A stretch of DNA of 63,408 nucleotides, the filler included, from Octopus bimaculoides (Eukaryota): the NCBI RefSeq assembly GCF_001194135.2. It is 5 parts of 5 records of this genome, joined end to end, with 100 filler letters (N's around TTAATTAATTAA, not from the genome) between each part and the next. Parts side by side here need not be neighbours in the genome. Positions count along the whole stretch, not along the records: positions 34,839 to 42,807 come from NC_069009.1; positions 42,908 to 61,435 come from NC_068983.1; 3 more parts are not named here. The stretch is one strand, 5' to 3'. The notes under the pieces were generated by a model. That model saw nothing but the letters and a program-made list of their open reading frames with translations, searched no databases and was not told the DNA's origin. The first letter of the stretch is position 1, and every line of letters starts with the position of its first letter. The position numbers and the translations under genes were made by a program. Shown here one piece after another: positions 38,770 to 51,669 of this stretch.

Positions 38770-38959
38770 ATAAAATTAAGAAAAAAAAATGGAGAAAAAA
38801 CACAGCAAGATAAAACAACAACCTGAGGACATGGTAAATGGAAAGTATCAAAAGATGCTCAGAGAAGCAGAGAAGGAAAGAAAGAGTGGTTGTTTTATGT
38901 TTCGAGCAAAGCTCTTCTTCAGAAACAGGAGACAGAGAAAAGTCCAAGAGAAAAGGAAG

Positions 38960-39330
38960 AAGCCTACCTTGAGTCCTCTTCCAGCTCATAGATGCTGTGT
39001 CGAATGAGACTAAAGTCTTTGTAAGATGATCTTGCGGGATATAGAGGACAGTGCATGAACTGGATTTCTATGAAGTGGGAGGCTGCGGGTTGATGTATAA
39101 ATGCATGTAGTTCTTTGTTGGAAACATGATGGTACCATCTGATGTTCCCAACGGTTTGCAAGGCTCTGCTATCAAAGCTATCAATCCTTTTTTGCTGGGA
39201 TCTTTGAGTGGGGCCACATTTCTGCTCCATAGAGGAGAAGGAAGAGGGCCAATGCGTTGTAGACGCGTAACTTCACCTTCTGGGAGATAGAGCAGTTAGG
39301 CCTCCTCTTACTATCCTTTCACTCTTTTGC
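38960..39330 (-). mobile_element. RTE-like LINE C-terminal remnant
   Basis: KVKLRVYNAL..LLLYGAEMW.. then KRIDSFDSRALQTVGNIRWYHHVSNKEL. Confidence 0.7.
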
Positions 39331-39724
39331 TGATTTCAGTCATTGGACTGTGGTCATGCTGGAGCACCACTTTGTGAAAAATGCTTTGGTCTCATTGAGA
39401 CGTTGAGGCAGTTGCGGTGGCAATTATAGTGATGATGGCTGGTGAAGCATATAATGATAGTTGGTGTGAGTTGGGAGGTTGGAGTCCCACACATGGAACT
39501 GGATGTGTTTGTCAGTCACTGGTGTGATTCTGCAGCATCTCGAGATGCAGTGGAATCACATTGGTGACCAGGATGCAGCATCAAGTGATAAATGTTTATT
39601 TGAAGTTAAGAGCCTTTCTGTGATTTTGAGTTGGTGATATCTGTTTTCCATGCTGCTGCAGTCGTTTTAGTTTCAACACGTGGTCCCTGTTAAAATTACT
39701 TGCATAACAAGTACTTTTCCAAAC

Positions 39725-40182
39725 TGTATGTATAGACATGTGTGTGTGTATATGTGTATGTATGTATATGTGTGTATGTATAGACGTGTGTGTGTGTGTA
39801 TGTATTTATGTATGTATGTATAAAGGTATGTATCTGCATGTATATGCATGTATGCATGTGTATGTATATATGTAAGTGTATACACACACACATATATACA
39901 CATATATATATATATACATAGATGTATAGGTGTGTATATGTATTCACTCACACTTGCACAAATTTCTATATATGTATGAGTAAATACATATCTAAGTGTA
40001 TCTCTACATGCACATGTATTTTTGTATGTGTTTGCATGTATGTGTATGCATGTGTGTGTGTATATATATATACATACATATAAACACACATACACATTTG
40101 TATGTGCATACATGTCTATATATATGCATATATATATATATATATATATACATACATGCATGCATTCAGACACACATGCTTT

Positions 40183-40214
<32 letters not shown>

Positions 40215-40215
40215 C
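39725..40215. repeat. Compound TG/TA/CA low-complexity tract
   Basis: Read directly from the sequence. Confidence 0.9.
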
Positions 40216-40798
40216 ACCTAACGAGACCACCATATCAGCCACAAACTAATTAAGTTTCCTCGTCATCCAAGATTCTTAATTTATTCAATTTGTCAACAAT
40301 TGTCGAAGAATCAGATCAAAATCCTTTCCAAAGAACTCCAAAATCCCTGCAAAGATTAATAGGTGTTTGTGATGTTCAGAGTATGGCACTGAAATTGGTT
40401 TAATGGGTGCGGGGCTGGCGCCAGCCTGGGAATGGTATGGTGGCAGCAAATAGAGCTTGTTTCACTATAAGTGTGTGTGTGTGTGTGTGTGTGATATGTG
40501 TTTTGCTGTTTTTCCTCTTTTTTTTGGGTTTTTTTTTTAATCACCTAGCTTTTTTTTTTCTGTCTGCCTGCCTTCATGTCCGTCTGTCAGCCTGTTTATC
40601 TGTCTGCCTGTTGAGCTTTCTGTCTGTGTGTCTGTGTGTCTGTCTGTCTGTTTGTCTGTTTGTCTTCTACCTGCACATGCTAATACACAGATGCAATGTA
40701 TATGTAGAAAGTGAGAGAGGAGAGAGAGCGAGAGAAAAAAGAGACAAGGTGAGAGAGAGAAATAGATGAGGAAAAGATAGATCAGTAAAAACAGTAAA

Positions 40799-40862
<64 letters not shown>

Positions 40863-41177
40863 CCAGTTGTGTATGTATGTGTGTATATCTATTTATCCCT
40901 CCATCTGAAATGAAGGCTCATGATTAGGGTGTGGCAGTCATGATTGTGATATCATGGTTTCAATTCCCAGACCAGGCATTTTGTGTTCTTGAGCAAGCCA
41001 CTTCATTTCATGTTGATCTGCGATCATTTCATCATCTGGAATGTTGCACCTGTTGATTTGATTGAGGGAGTGAGCTTATCTGAACACAAACATTTGATCA
41101 CTATGAACAAATTATCCATATGGTTTTTCAGCAAGAAATTTCCAAAAGCTCATACATTGCGTAACAACAGGAGGGTT

Positions 41178-41208
<31 letters not shown>

Positions 41209-41436
41209 AGAAGTTTGAAAACGCCACTATATAAGATAAATTTTAATTTTCTCAGAGATATTTTACATGTTTCGGTTCTTGAAAAATTGAACCTTATCAA
41301 AAATACATATTTTAAAAAATGTAATTAAAAGAAAAGTTCATAATTGTTTCTTACTGGTGTCAACAGAGTCCATGTGAAAACATTTTATGTGTGGGGACAT
41401 AATGGCTGTCTTGTATATTGACTTGAATCGTTGGCT

Positions 41437-41505
<69 letters not shown>

Positions 41506-41566
41506 ACATTTTCAAACTTATTTTTGATAAATATATACCCACTCGTATGCCACCTGCACTTTTTAT

Positions 41567-41601
<35 letters not shown>

Positions 41602-41879
41602 CATGTTGGGATTCTTTCAGTTTACACGCATGTCTAGTCATGGTAGCTGAAGTTCCAGTAACCTACTTAATGCTGGTAGATGGAGGGCACAGGCCCTCGC
41701 AGCTGATATAGAGTGTGCTGGAGGAGGTTCACATCCACAGTTCTGTCCAAGGGCAGACCACCACCAGACTCGATTCACAACTACAGCCACCACCTTCACC
41801 ATTGCTACTACATACCATCACCAAAACCACCTGTTTTGTCATTCTCTACATCTACTACCTGTACATTGTCAACCAGATC

Positions 41880-42250
41880 CATCACTACAACCAACTTGCA
41901 TAGCTGCCACCACCATCGCTGCAACAAGCTTGTGCTCTGTCATCACCGTCATCACAATCAGCTTGCACTACCGCCACCACCTTCACTGCAATGAGCTTGT
42001 GCTACTGGCACCACCCTCAAAGTGACTGGCTTGCGCTACTACCACCACCACCACCACCATCACTCACCCTAACCAGCATGTGCTACCACCATCATCATCA
42101 CAACCAGCATGTGCTACCACCACCACCATCATCATCACAACCTGCTTGCACTACCACCACCACCACCACCACCACCACTATGACAAGCTTGTGCTACCAC
42201 CACCACTATCAGTGTGACCAGCTTGTGCTACCACCACCACCACCACCACC
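41880..42250. repeat. Minisatellite with core accagcttgtgctacc separated by variable (CAC)n
   Basis: About 10 degenerate units. Confidence 0.8.
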
Positions 42251-42639
42251 CCATTGCTGACACCAGCAAACTATTGACACTACTACATTTTGAACCATCA
42301 CCGCGCTCATGACTACAGCTACCACCACCATCACAACCATATTTACTACGACTACACACCTCCGCCAGCACCACCACCTGTTCCACTCGAGGCCACCACT
42401 ACCATCAGTGTGCTCACAACTACAACTTCTGCCACCACTATCAGTGTCTAGCACTACCTCTATACAACCACTGTACCATCAAGGATAATATGATCAGCAC
42501 AACCAGCACCACCGTCCCGTGACTATGTCTCCACCACCAACCACTTCCATCGCTACCACCATCAGCAATATATCCTGCTGCCCCCACCATCAGCATCAGC
42601 ATACACCAACATCACTACCATCAGCAGCAGCAGTATATT

Positions 42640-42806
42640 CAATCACCACCATCACCACCACCATCATCACCACCACCACCAACACCACCACCATCACCAC
42701 CACCACCACCATCATCACCAACACCACCACCATCATCATCACCACCACTACTATCATCACCACCACCATCATCACCATCACCACCATCATCACCACCACC
42801 ATCATT
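42640..42806. repeat. (CAC/CAT)n microsatellite
   Basis: Read directly from the sequence. Confidence 0.95.
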
Positions 42807-42908
42807 ANNNNNNNNNNNNNNNNNNNNNNNNNNNNNNNNNNNNNNNNNNNNTTAATTAATTAANNNNNNNNNNNNNNNNNNNNNNNNNNNNNNNNNNNNN
42901 NNNNNNNC

Positions 42909-43952
42909 AGCGTGAGTTTCGGTGCCACTTCATCATTCACCGAAATCAGGCAGTCCCCACCCATAACACAATCTTACGTTGGGTGAATGCACGAGGTACA
43001 TTAATGAATAGGATACCGGTGAGGGCGCCACGAACGGTACAGACCTTGGAAAAGGTGGAACGCGTCAGACAAGCTTTGATACGGAGTCTGAATCGCTTTG
43101 CTCGAAGGCATTCCACTGAACTTGGCATCGGTAATCGATCGGTAAGGTGTATTATGCATGAAGACCTGCATTTCCACCCGACAAATTGATCATCGGGCAA
43201 CTGTTGAAACCATGAGACTATGCACATCAGCTTAACTTCGCGCGTCAGATGGAAGCAGTTTTTGAGGCAAACGACAACCTCATCTTGTTAATGGGTGATG
43301 AAGGTCCCTTTCATCTCAATGACATGATAAATCAACAGAATTGTCGTTACTGGGCTCTTGAAAATCCGAGAGAACTGCACGAAAGACCACTATACAGTCC
43401 AAAAGTGACGGTCTGTTATGGTATTAGAACAGCTGCTGTTATTAGTCCTTACTTTTTTTAAGATAATAATGGAAATGTTGTTACTGTGAAATCCAAGCGT
43501 TACATCGAGATGATAAACAACTTTTTGTGCTTGAATTACAACAAAAACGGCCTACACAGCTAGAGCATCAATGGACGTTCTTCGCTCTTTCTACAGTGAC
43601 AGCCTCATTTCCAGGTTTGCTGACGTTCTTCCCCACTTCCGGTCCCCTGATTTGTCCATGTGTAATTATTTCTTGGGAAACCTCAAGGCATATGTGTATA
43701 CGCATAAGCCCTGTACATTGGACAATTTAAAGGAAGCTATTCGCGTGACAGTCGCCCAAATCGACAGGTCAATGCTGGAGAAGGTGGAGGCCAACTTCCA
43801 AGAACGCCTCAATGAAAATGGACACCTCCGCAATTAGTTTTGACAAATGCTAATTCAATACGAACACACTGATGCCAATAAGATTTGTTTGCAGCTAAAA
43901 TGAATGATTTTGTAGATTTTTCAAAAACGTCCGTTCTCTCTGCCCCACCCTG
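42909..43952 (+). mobile_element. Tc1/mariner-superfamily (DDxD type) transposon, degenerate, 5' end in a gap
   Basis: HTH region ARRHSTELGIGNRSVR.I.HEDLHFHP; DEGPFHL..INQQNCRYW..ENP; RSPDLSMCNYF.GNLKAYVY.HKP.TL..LKEAI; ends caccctg-TA. Confidence 0.9.
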
Positions 43953-44638
43953 TATGACATTGAGGAAAAGATCATAATACCAGTAATTAAAGAAATAATT
44001 GAAATTCTTTTGAAGAAATAGCCCTAACCTGTTCCAAATTGCATGTCACCGAGTGCATATAATTCTTTCTTCCATAGGCATAAGGCCTGAAATTTTGGGT
44101 GAGAGCGCTAAATCGATTACATCAACCCAGTGCTCAAATGGTGCTTATTTTATCGATACCGAAAGAATTAAAGGCAAAGTCGACCTCGGCGGTATTTGAA
44201 CTCAACTAAGTACAAATAATACAACGCAATGACACATTAATGAGATGGCCGATGATGTGAAGAATGTCTTGGTATCTCAGCTTCTGTATTGTAAGTTGAT
44301 TCTCGTTTGTTTAAATATTTTTATGGCCTATGTGAGCTATTTAAGTCCAAAGTGAATGTGTGTTAATGACGAATTTTTATTTACCAAGTACCTTAAAGGT
44401 GATTTCCAAAAGTGAGGTAATTTTTCGATGTTTATGGTATAATTTGAAGAAACACAATAATATTTCCCCTTTGGAATATTACAACAGTGGCAACCGATGT
44501 TGCACAGAAAGGGTTGGCCGTTACAAATGATTTGTCGCCTGAAGTGCGTAGTGTTTATTCTGTTATTCTGTATTGCACAAGTATCGTTTATGTCCAAGAC
44601 ATCTTCAAAGTGTGTGTGTGTGTATGTGTGGTGTGTGT

Positions 44639-44695
<57 letters not shown>

Positions 44696-44749
44696 TCAAT
44701 CTATAAAATTAAAGCACGCCTCAATTCCTAACTATCATATTTACAGTCA

Positions 44750-46330
44750 TTTGAGAAGGAAATGATGGAACTTTTAACGGATAACTTTTGCACGCGGAAC
44801 TGATGTTGTGTGAAGAGGTGAAAGCCTGTAAAAACAAATCAACTTGTATGACTCAACTGTAGTTCCTTGTTGATGTTAAAATCATCTCTGTGTAACGAAC
44901 TTAAAAGTGTCCGTTCTGTTTGTGAGGCCTATAATAAAAAAAACAATGAAATACAAGCGTTCAAAAAAAAGTTGTTATTACTAATCAAGCTAGAAGAATC
45001 CTAATGGACTCATCTAAATCTATATTGGCTTGTAGAGATTTTAAAGTAATCTGGAAAGAGAAGTCAAAAGTTTTTCAGATCGTTACCGGGAAATATACAT
45101 AAAACTCAATGGAAAACTTTAAAAAACGTCTTTACTCGCAATTCAACATGAATTCTTGTATTAGAGTAGCAGGAAGAGGTAATCAGCACAGTAGTGGCTG
45201 TAATAACATAAACAAACACGCCCACTACTTATAAACTGGTTGAAAAAGAAACAGATTCTAAAATAATAAATGAATAACAAAACAGGAAAAAATAGAACTT
45301 TAATAATATACAATTAGCAAAGACATTTGAGAAAAAAATATTTTTTCAATAAATAACTGGCAATATTGACCTGAAAAAAAAAAACGAAGCAAAAACATAA
45401 ACAACAGTGGTAGAAGCCGTAGTGCGCACATACTGACGAGTGCCGAGGCAAACAGAAAGACTTTCGAATTATGCAAGGTTCTATCACAACAACAATTTTG
45501 GTAAGGGAAGGGCTTGTGCCGAGGCACTCCCTCTCTTTATTTGAAGGCTTTTTGCATGCTCTCCAAAGACTAATTTAAAACAGGTACTCGCTGACGTGTA
45601 GAATAGTATATTGCTGGTTGAGCAAGTTAAAACATATGGCAGTATCTGCTTTTCGAAACTGAAGTCGAGGTTAAACGGCAAGCAGGTACTGTAAGATTCA
45701 CAGTTGCGCATAATCTTGTGTCGCAGTACGTGAGTCGACCAACAGAAGAGTGACAGCTAAGCATTTGCAGCAACACAGATCTTTGGCTTATTTTCACCTT
45801 TATAGAGAATATAGGCAGACAAAAAGAGCTGAGGTAATAAGGTATGACATTCAGAACATTGCAACAAGCCGAAATGTGTCTGAAAGAAGTATGCACTACC
45901 TTGTGTCATATAAACAAGAAGATAAAATTCGGGACAGTTCTGGGATTGTGTATCAACGAGGAGTGGACGTGAAAGCTATTAATGATAGTGAACGCCTCTA
46001 ACGAATACTACGTTTCCATTCTATATGAAGCAACGTGTGGACAAGGTAAGGTACGTGATTTGTTACTCCATAGAAACATATAGAGATAGTACTGAAAAAC
46101 CATGGAGAAATTATCGAAACCAAGTCAACCACCCTCCTAAACTGGTCAGAGGTCCAACTGGATATAAAAGTGATACTCAATTTTGCAGACCAGCGGAGAT
46201 TCAGATAAGAGTTGTTGTGGAATGCAGAAGGCTACTTCTATTACATCAAACACCAGAGCAATTACAACTCGCAGGAAATACGAAGGGGCAACTATCATCA
46301 TCACCATAATACCAATAGCTGGAACAACTC
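44750..46330 (+). mobile_element. Penelope-like element remnant (RT end plus GIY-YIG endonuclease)
   Basis: RYDIQ...LVSYKQEDKIRDSSGIVYQ resembles the linker before the GIY-YIG domain; very degenerate; boundaries approximate. Confidence 0.5.
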
Positions 46331-46417
46331 CCACATAATGTGATAATCCTCGGGAATAATATAAGTCGTGAGTGAGCAGAGCTGTCAGACGATCTGACCT
46401 CACAGGTAGGTTCTCAC

Positions 46418-46716
46418 TGTAAAGTGGTTAGGGTATTTGGTTCACGACCGTGAGTTTGATGAACGGCAGCGCGTTGTCTTTGAGTAAGACACTATATTTC
46501 ACGTTGCCCCGGTCCACTCAGCTAGCGAAAATGAGTTGTGCCTGTAATTCAAAGGGCCGGCGTTGTCACATTCTGTGTCACGCTGAATCTTTGAGAACTA
46601 CTTTAAAGGTACGCGTGTCTAAGGAGTGCTCGGGCACTTGCACGTTAATTTCATAAGCAGGCTGTTCCGTTAATTAGATCAACTGGAACACTTGTCGTCG
46701 CAACGGACGGAGTGCC
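46418..46716 (+). mobile_element. SINE family D
   Basis: gcgcgttgtctttgagtaagacactatatttcacgttgccccggtccactcagct...gacggagtgcc; partial reverse copies near 34150-34290, 25180-25380 and 47930-48200. Confidence 0.8.
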
Positions 46717-47049
46717 GGAGGCTCTCACAAGTATTTGGATAGGTAACCCTAAATGATTTTCATGATTTCTACTATCATTTGCCTTAATTGCTGTTGTTTT
46801 TTAATGTAATTTTATAGCAATTTCTATGAAATTTTTAAAATAATATTTTATATTAAATTTTTAACGCGTTTTACTGTATAAAATCATTTTCCCCTGCCCT
46901 TGTTTTTATTTAACTTTGTCATGCGATATATTTTGTAACCCTCAGTTTTTAACTTCCATTATATATATGAGTGATCCCTTATATTTAATAAAGAACAACT
47001 TGTTTTTGCCGTTGTATTTTGAGAAGAGTAATCATTTTCAGATATAGTG

Positions 47050-47245
47050 ATTTCAAGGCCAGCAAGTTCGGGGAAGGTTATAAGCCGACCACATCGACCT
47101 CTGTGTTCAATTGGTACTTATTTTATCGAAAGGATGAAAGGCAAAGTCGACTCCAGCGGCATTTGAACCCAGGATGTAAACACGGACGAAATGCCGCTAG
47201 GCATTTTGCCCGGTGCGTTAACGATTCTGTCCGCTCGTTGCCTTC
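47050..47245 (-). mobile_element. tRNA-type SINE, family A
   Basis: Reverse complement of the consensus. Confidence 0.85.
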
Positions 47246-47666
47246 ATTTTCATATATATTGCCATGGAAAACTCAGGTTACTGAGATTTCAAGAAGTATT
47301 AGTAGCTCGCGAAGAAAAATTATATTTTGGACTATTATGCTTTGGAATATTTGAGTGTCTACCCATTCTACTTCAGAGCAGACAAAACAAAGTTTTTCGT
47401 TGGATATTTTTGTTATATTTTATATTTACCTACTTGTGTAACAGCATGTATTTTTCTCCGTCTGGTGAACATGCCTCCAAGAATTTTTAAACATGTCTTT
47501 GAATATTTTCTAAAAACACAAACATTTAAAAATAAAATTTGAGATGCAGGGAGGGAGAGTGAGAGAGAGGGGGAGTGAGAGAGAGAGAGAGGNNNNNNNN
47601 NNNNNNNNNNNNNNNNNNNNNNNNNNNNNNNNNNNNNNNNNNNNNNNNNNNNNNNNNNNNNNNNNN

Positions 47667-47715
<49 letters not shown>

Positions 47716-48349
47716 ATCAAACTTTAACAAACAGATAAGTTTCATACACTAACGAACAACAGAGCCGGTAACAAAAGTAGTAGTTACTTGCCAAAAAGAA
47801 GTTCTGAATATGAGTCAACTCCCAGAAAAAGTGTAAGATAAGTATTTCACGAAATATTTTCCCCACTTGCATGTCTATTTTATTCAAGAACTAGCAATAG
47901 GAAACAAATAAATAAGTAATCCTTCGACGTGGTTGAACAATCAATCCCATCCAGTGGGAATTCACTGTACGATCGCTGAATACAAAACTGGCACGCAGGA
48001 CCTCCGTTCGGATGATTTTCCTGAGTCATTATTTTGCCTTTATACGCCAATCCGTCACAAGCATACCCATTTACAGCTGAATGGACTAGAACGACATGAA
48101 ATGAAGTGTTTTTCTCAATAATACAACGTTCAACCTATCTGGGAATCGAAACCATGATCTCGTGATCGTGAGTGCAACATCCTAACCATTAGGCCACGCG
48201 CCTTCACTCACGAAGAAAAGTGACATACCTCTTCCTATTAAAAATCGGGAGGATTTCCAGTATTCCTTGAAAGGAGCAGTTGAAATAAGCCATAGCTGGT
48301 ATATATGAATTATTGTGGTTTCCATCGATCGAGGAAAGGCATAGGGGGT

Positions 48350-48787
48350 TCATATGGCATTCAAAGCTGAAGATAAGGCGAGAGACAGTTTGTGTTGGTG
48401 CACCACACACCTGTCCACCGGTTCATGCTGGAATATGTGGGACTGTAGAACACAAGGGTCACAGTGAGAGACATTTGTGGCGATATAGAACCTTGGTCCA
48501 TAGTCATCATCGCAATGGAGTACGTGCTGATTGTGAGCGTTGAGGTAACTAAAAATGACGTTGTCAGGAAGAATCCGCATAGCATTTAAGTCCTGATGAC
48601 CTCCGAAAACAAAAGAACCATCCCGGAGCACAGCTTCAGGATAGATCTGTGGGTACAGTAAGAAAGGGATATGACTGGAGGTGGGAGGCACAAGACCCCA
48701 GCTGTGATACATGTAACAATAAAGAGCCATTTGAGCGCTTTCTGCCCTGAGGAGCTGGAAAGCCAGAAGAAAAGACAGAGCTGTCAT
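48350..48787 (-). CDS. Unidentified 145-codon ORF (MTALSFLLAFQLLRAESA...HCDDDYGPRF...NAI*)
   Basis: Non-repetitive and GC-richer than its flanks; ttttag acceptor at 48811, AAAATG start context, AG|gtatgt donor at 48229. No family recognised with confidence. Confidence 0.35.
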   Translation of the reverse strand: MTALSFLLAFQLLRAESAQMALYCYMYHSWGLVPPTSSHIPFLLYPQIYPEAVLRDGSFVFGGHQDLNAMRILPDNVIFSYLNAHNQHVLHCDDDYGPRFYIATNVSHCDPCVLQSHIFQHEPVDRCVVHQHKLSLALSSALNAI

Positions 48788-49129
48788 TTTCAAGTGTTTG
48801 GCATTAAAATCTAAAATATAAAGTCTGGTCCAATTTTTCAGTTTCATACTTCATTTATTATTTCTGAACTGATGTCGTTAAGATATCGCCACAGCAAATA
48901 CATATGTTCATTGAACATATGTATTTGTTTCGTGCATATTCAGAGATGGTTTACAACTATAATAAAACCCATCAAACCGGCTTGTAACTTGTTAATCAGC
49001 TTCTACAAGTACACAAACAAAAGGACATGAGGGGAAAACGGTTGCTTTCTCTTAATCTGACTACACCCCCCCCCCACCTCTCTCTCTTCAGAAACAGAAA
49101 TCATAAAACTCCTGCAAAACACAGAAATT

Positions 49130-49370
49130 ATAAAGAATTTCTCTGAAGATTGACCCTTTCACTATGCTAGTTTAATCTACGTATTTTCATAATCCTTTGA
49201 GTTCCAATCAGTTGAACTACGAAGATATCAATTATTTATGAGAGCAGCAAATAGTGTTAGTTTTTAATGGAAGAAGGTGATTAGTATAGTGAGGGTCATG
49301 AACAAAGGGCGAAGTGTCTTTAAGAAGTATAACGAACAGCTTGCTAAAAATGAAGAACAAGAGTAAGTTT
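49130..49370 (+). mobile_element. Possible DNA-transposase C-terminal remnant (hATm-like)
   Basis: VISIVRVMNKGRSVFKKYNEQLAKNEEQ resembles, from memory, V.SLRVVND.AERGVKL.EEYN..LTKDEEQ. Confidence 0.3.
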
Positions 49371-49902
49371 TCCTCCATATAACACAGATAACCAACGCTT
49401 CTTAGTGGTTGTTTGACATGCTAGAAATAGCAACCAAATTTCCTTAAGAATCATACAACACTACTTTGAAAAAGAAACATACTGGATAATCTTTGGATAA
49501 TATAGTTTGAATAAAAGACAGAACAGTCATTAATGGAATGTTTTTGATCACAGATCGGAGTTTTCAAAAGATTAAAAAAAAAACTATGGCGACCATAACC
49601 AGAAGAAGAATAGGGGAGCCTGTTATTCAAAAATAAAACTCTCAGTAGTAACATTATATAACTTAAGCATTTGTGCGTCATATTTTGTACGTCATTTGAG
49701 TCATCGAGATCTATCCCTAAAATACAAGAAGAATGTCAACTATGAAAACGCAAGAGTCTTCTATTTTCTTTTACTTTATTTTATTTGTACTTTTTGTTCT
49801 AAATGAGATTGTGAAATAGTATATTGAAACTATAAAAGCTGTTGACAATAATTTTCGTAAAAGATTGTTTTCTTTCGTCATTTTGTTTCACAAAGACACG
49901 CA

Positions 49903-49985
<83 letters not shown>

Positions 49986-50681
49986 TCAAAGTAACTTGGT
50001 TTAATGTAGCATTTTATAACATGTTAAACCACATCTTTCCTTCATAATTGTTTATACAAATGAAACTCCCTAGAGTTATAAACAAAGGAAGCTGATACTT
50101 ATTTACAGTGATCTACCCCGCATACACGTCTATCTGGAGCAAGACAACACAAGTAAGGCAAGCAGTCAATGAATTCCTCCCCGAAGCTAGCTAAAAAAAA
50201 TTTCAATGTCAAAACACTTATAAATTTTAAAGGAATTTTTATTTTTATGTTTTAACGTCAGTGTTTAGATTAAGCTTAATTTCGGAGCAAAAAGATGGAT
50301 AGCATATTTATTAAAAGGCAGATCCAGTTTCTTTCTCTTATTTTTTTCTTTCTGTAGGTCTATCATTTTTTCTCTTTTCCTTTCCTTTTTTAAAAAAAAT
50401 GTTTAAGTCTGGAGGAAAAGAGCAGGAACTGAGAAATTACCTACACTTCAAGGTAATGGTTTCGTCTTTGAATAATAACCAATTCTCCGAACACCGTAGT
50501 ATTGAAGTAAACTTCCAGTATACTGAGTCTGCAATGCAATTTCAAACGCAAGCTAAAGCCAATTTACTTCACTCGCGACACTAATGACATGTATGTATGC
50601 ATGTATGTATGTATGTATGTATGTATGTATGTATGTATGTATGTATGTATGTATGTATGTATGTATGTGTGTGTGTGTGTG

Positions 50682-50720
<39 letters not shown>

Positions 50721-51139
50721 AACGTTTTATCTTTTTCTGGAAACATAGGGCCTTAGTATTTCGTCAAATGAATAATGAATAATGTTTGAACTCCTAAATC
50801 GTTTCGCCATTCTACTGCTAAACTGCACTTACCCGACAGCATTGCTACCACTTAATTATCACTTGATTAATAATATGTTAAGTGTATATAACTCTATTGT
50901 AGTTGGCAACATACTGTCCTCGGGCCGTGTCTGATCCACTAGCCATTATCGTCTAGCCTGTGTTTCTCAAACAAAATTATGGACTCCACCCAGCTGCAGT
51001 GGCTAGAATAAAAAAATTCAGATTTATTTCGTGTGAGATATTTTGCTAACGAGTAATTGCAATGTTTAAAACTTTACACTACCATCTAAATATATTTGTC
51101 ATTAATGTTTGTCTTATATTCTCCTTGTTATGTAATAAT

Positions 51140-51350
51140 GGTTTTAACTTTTGGCAGCAGTTTCGGGGAAGTGGGTTAGTTGATTACATCAACTCTAGTG
51201 CCCAACTAGTTGGTACTTATTTTATCGACTCTGAAAGGAGTTGAAAGGCAAAGCCGACTTCAGTGGGATTTGAACTCAGAACATGAAGAGGGACGAAATA
51301 CCACTAAGCATTTTGCCCGGCGTGCTAACGATTCTGCCAACTCACCACCT
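51140..51350 (-). mobile_element. tRNA-type SINE, family A
   Basis: Reverse complement of the consensus. Confidence 0.85.
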
Positions 51351-51573
51351 TCTAATATTCACATAAAAATTACTAAATTTCACCAGTATTTCAACATTTC
51401 GTTCAAGATCAATCAACCCAGAACATCTTAGGTTTACGTCGCTTGGATCCTAAAACAGGCTCTGTCATAAAATTACCAGTTCAGACGTGTAGTCAAATAA
51501 CTCTTAAACAAGTCTCACACAAGCGCACGCACACATGCACGCTCGCACGCACACACATACACGCACGCTCGTA

Positions 51574-51636
<63 letters not shown>

Positions 51637-51669
51637 TCACACACGCACACTCTCTCTCCCTTTCTCTCT

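Noticed and set aside
41880-42250. CRISPR-like repeat-spacer look (also 10741-10811)
   Set aside because: The spacers are simple repeats or absent, there are no cas genes, and the DNA is eukaryotic.
45432-45470. Other CTGANGA hits (809, 18625, 45433, 48594)
   Set aside because: No stem II followed by GAAA, or no stem I or cleavage triplet.
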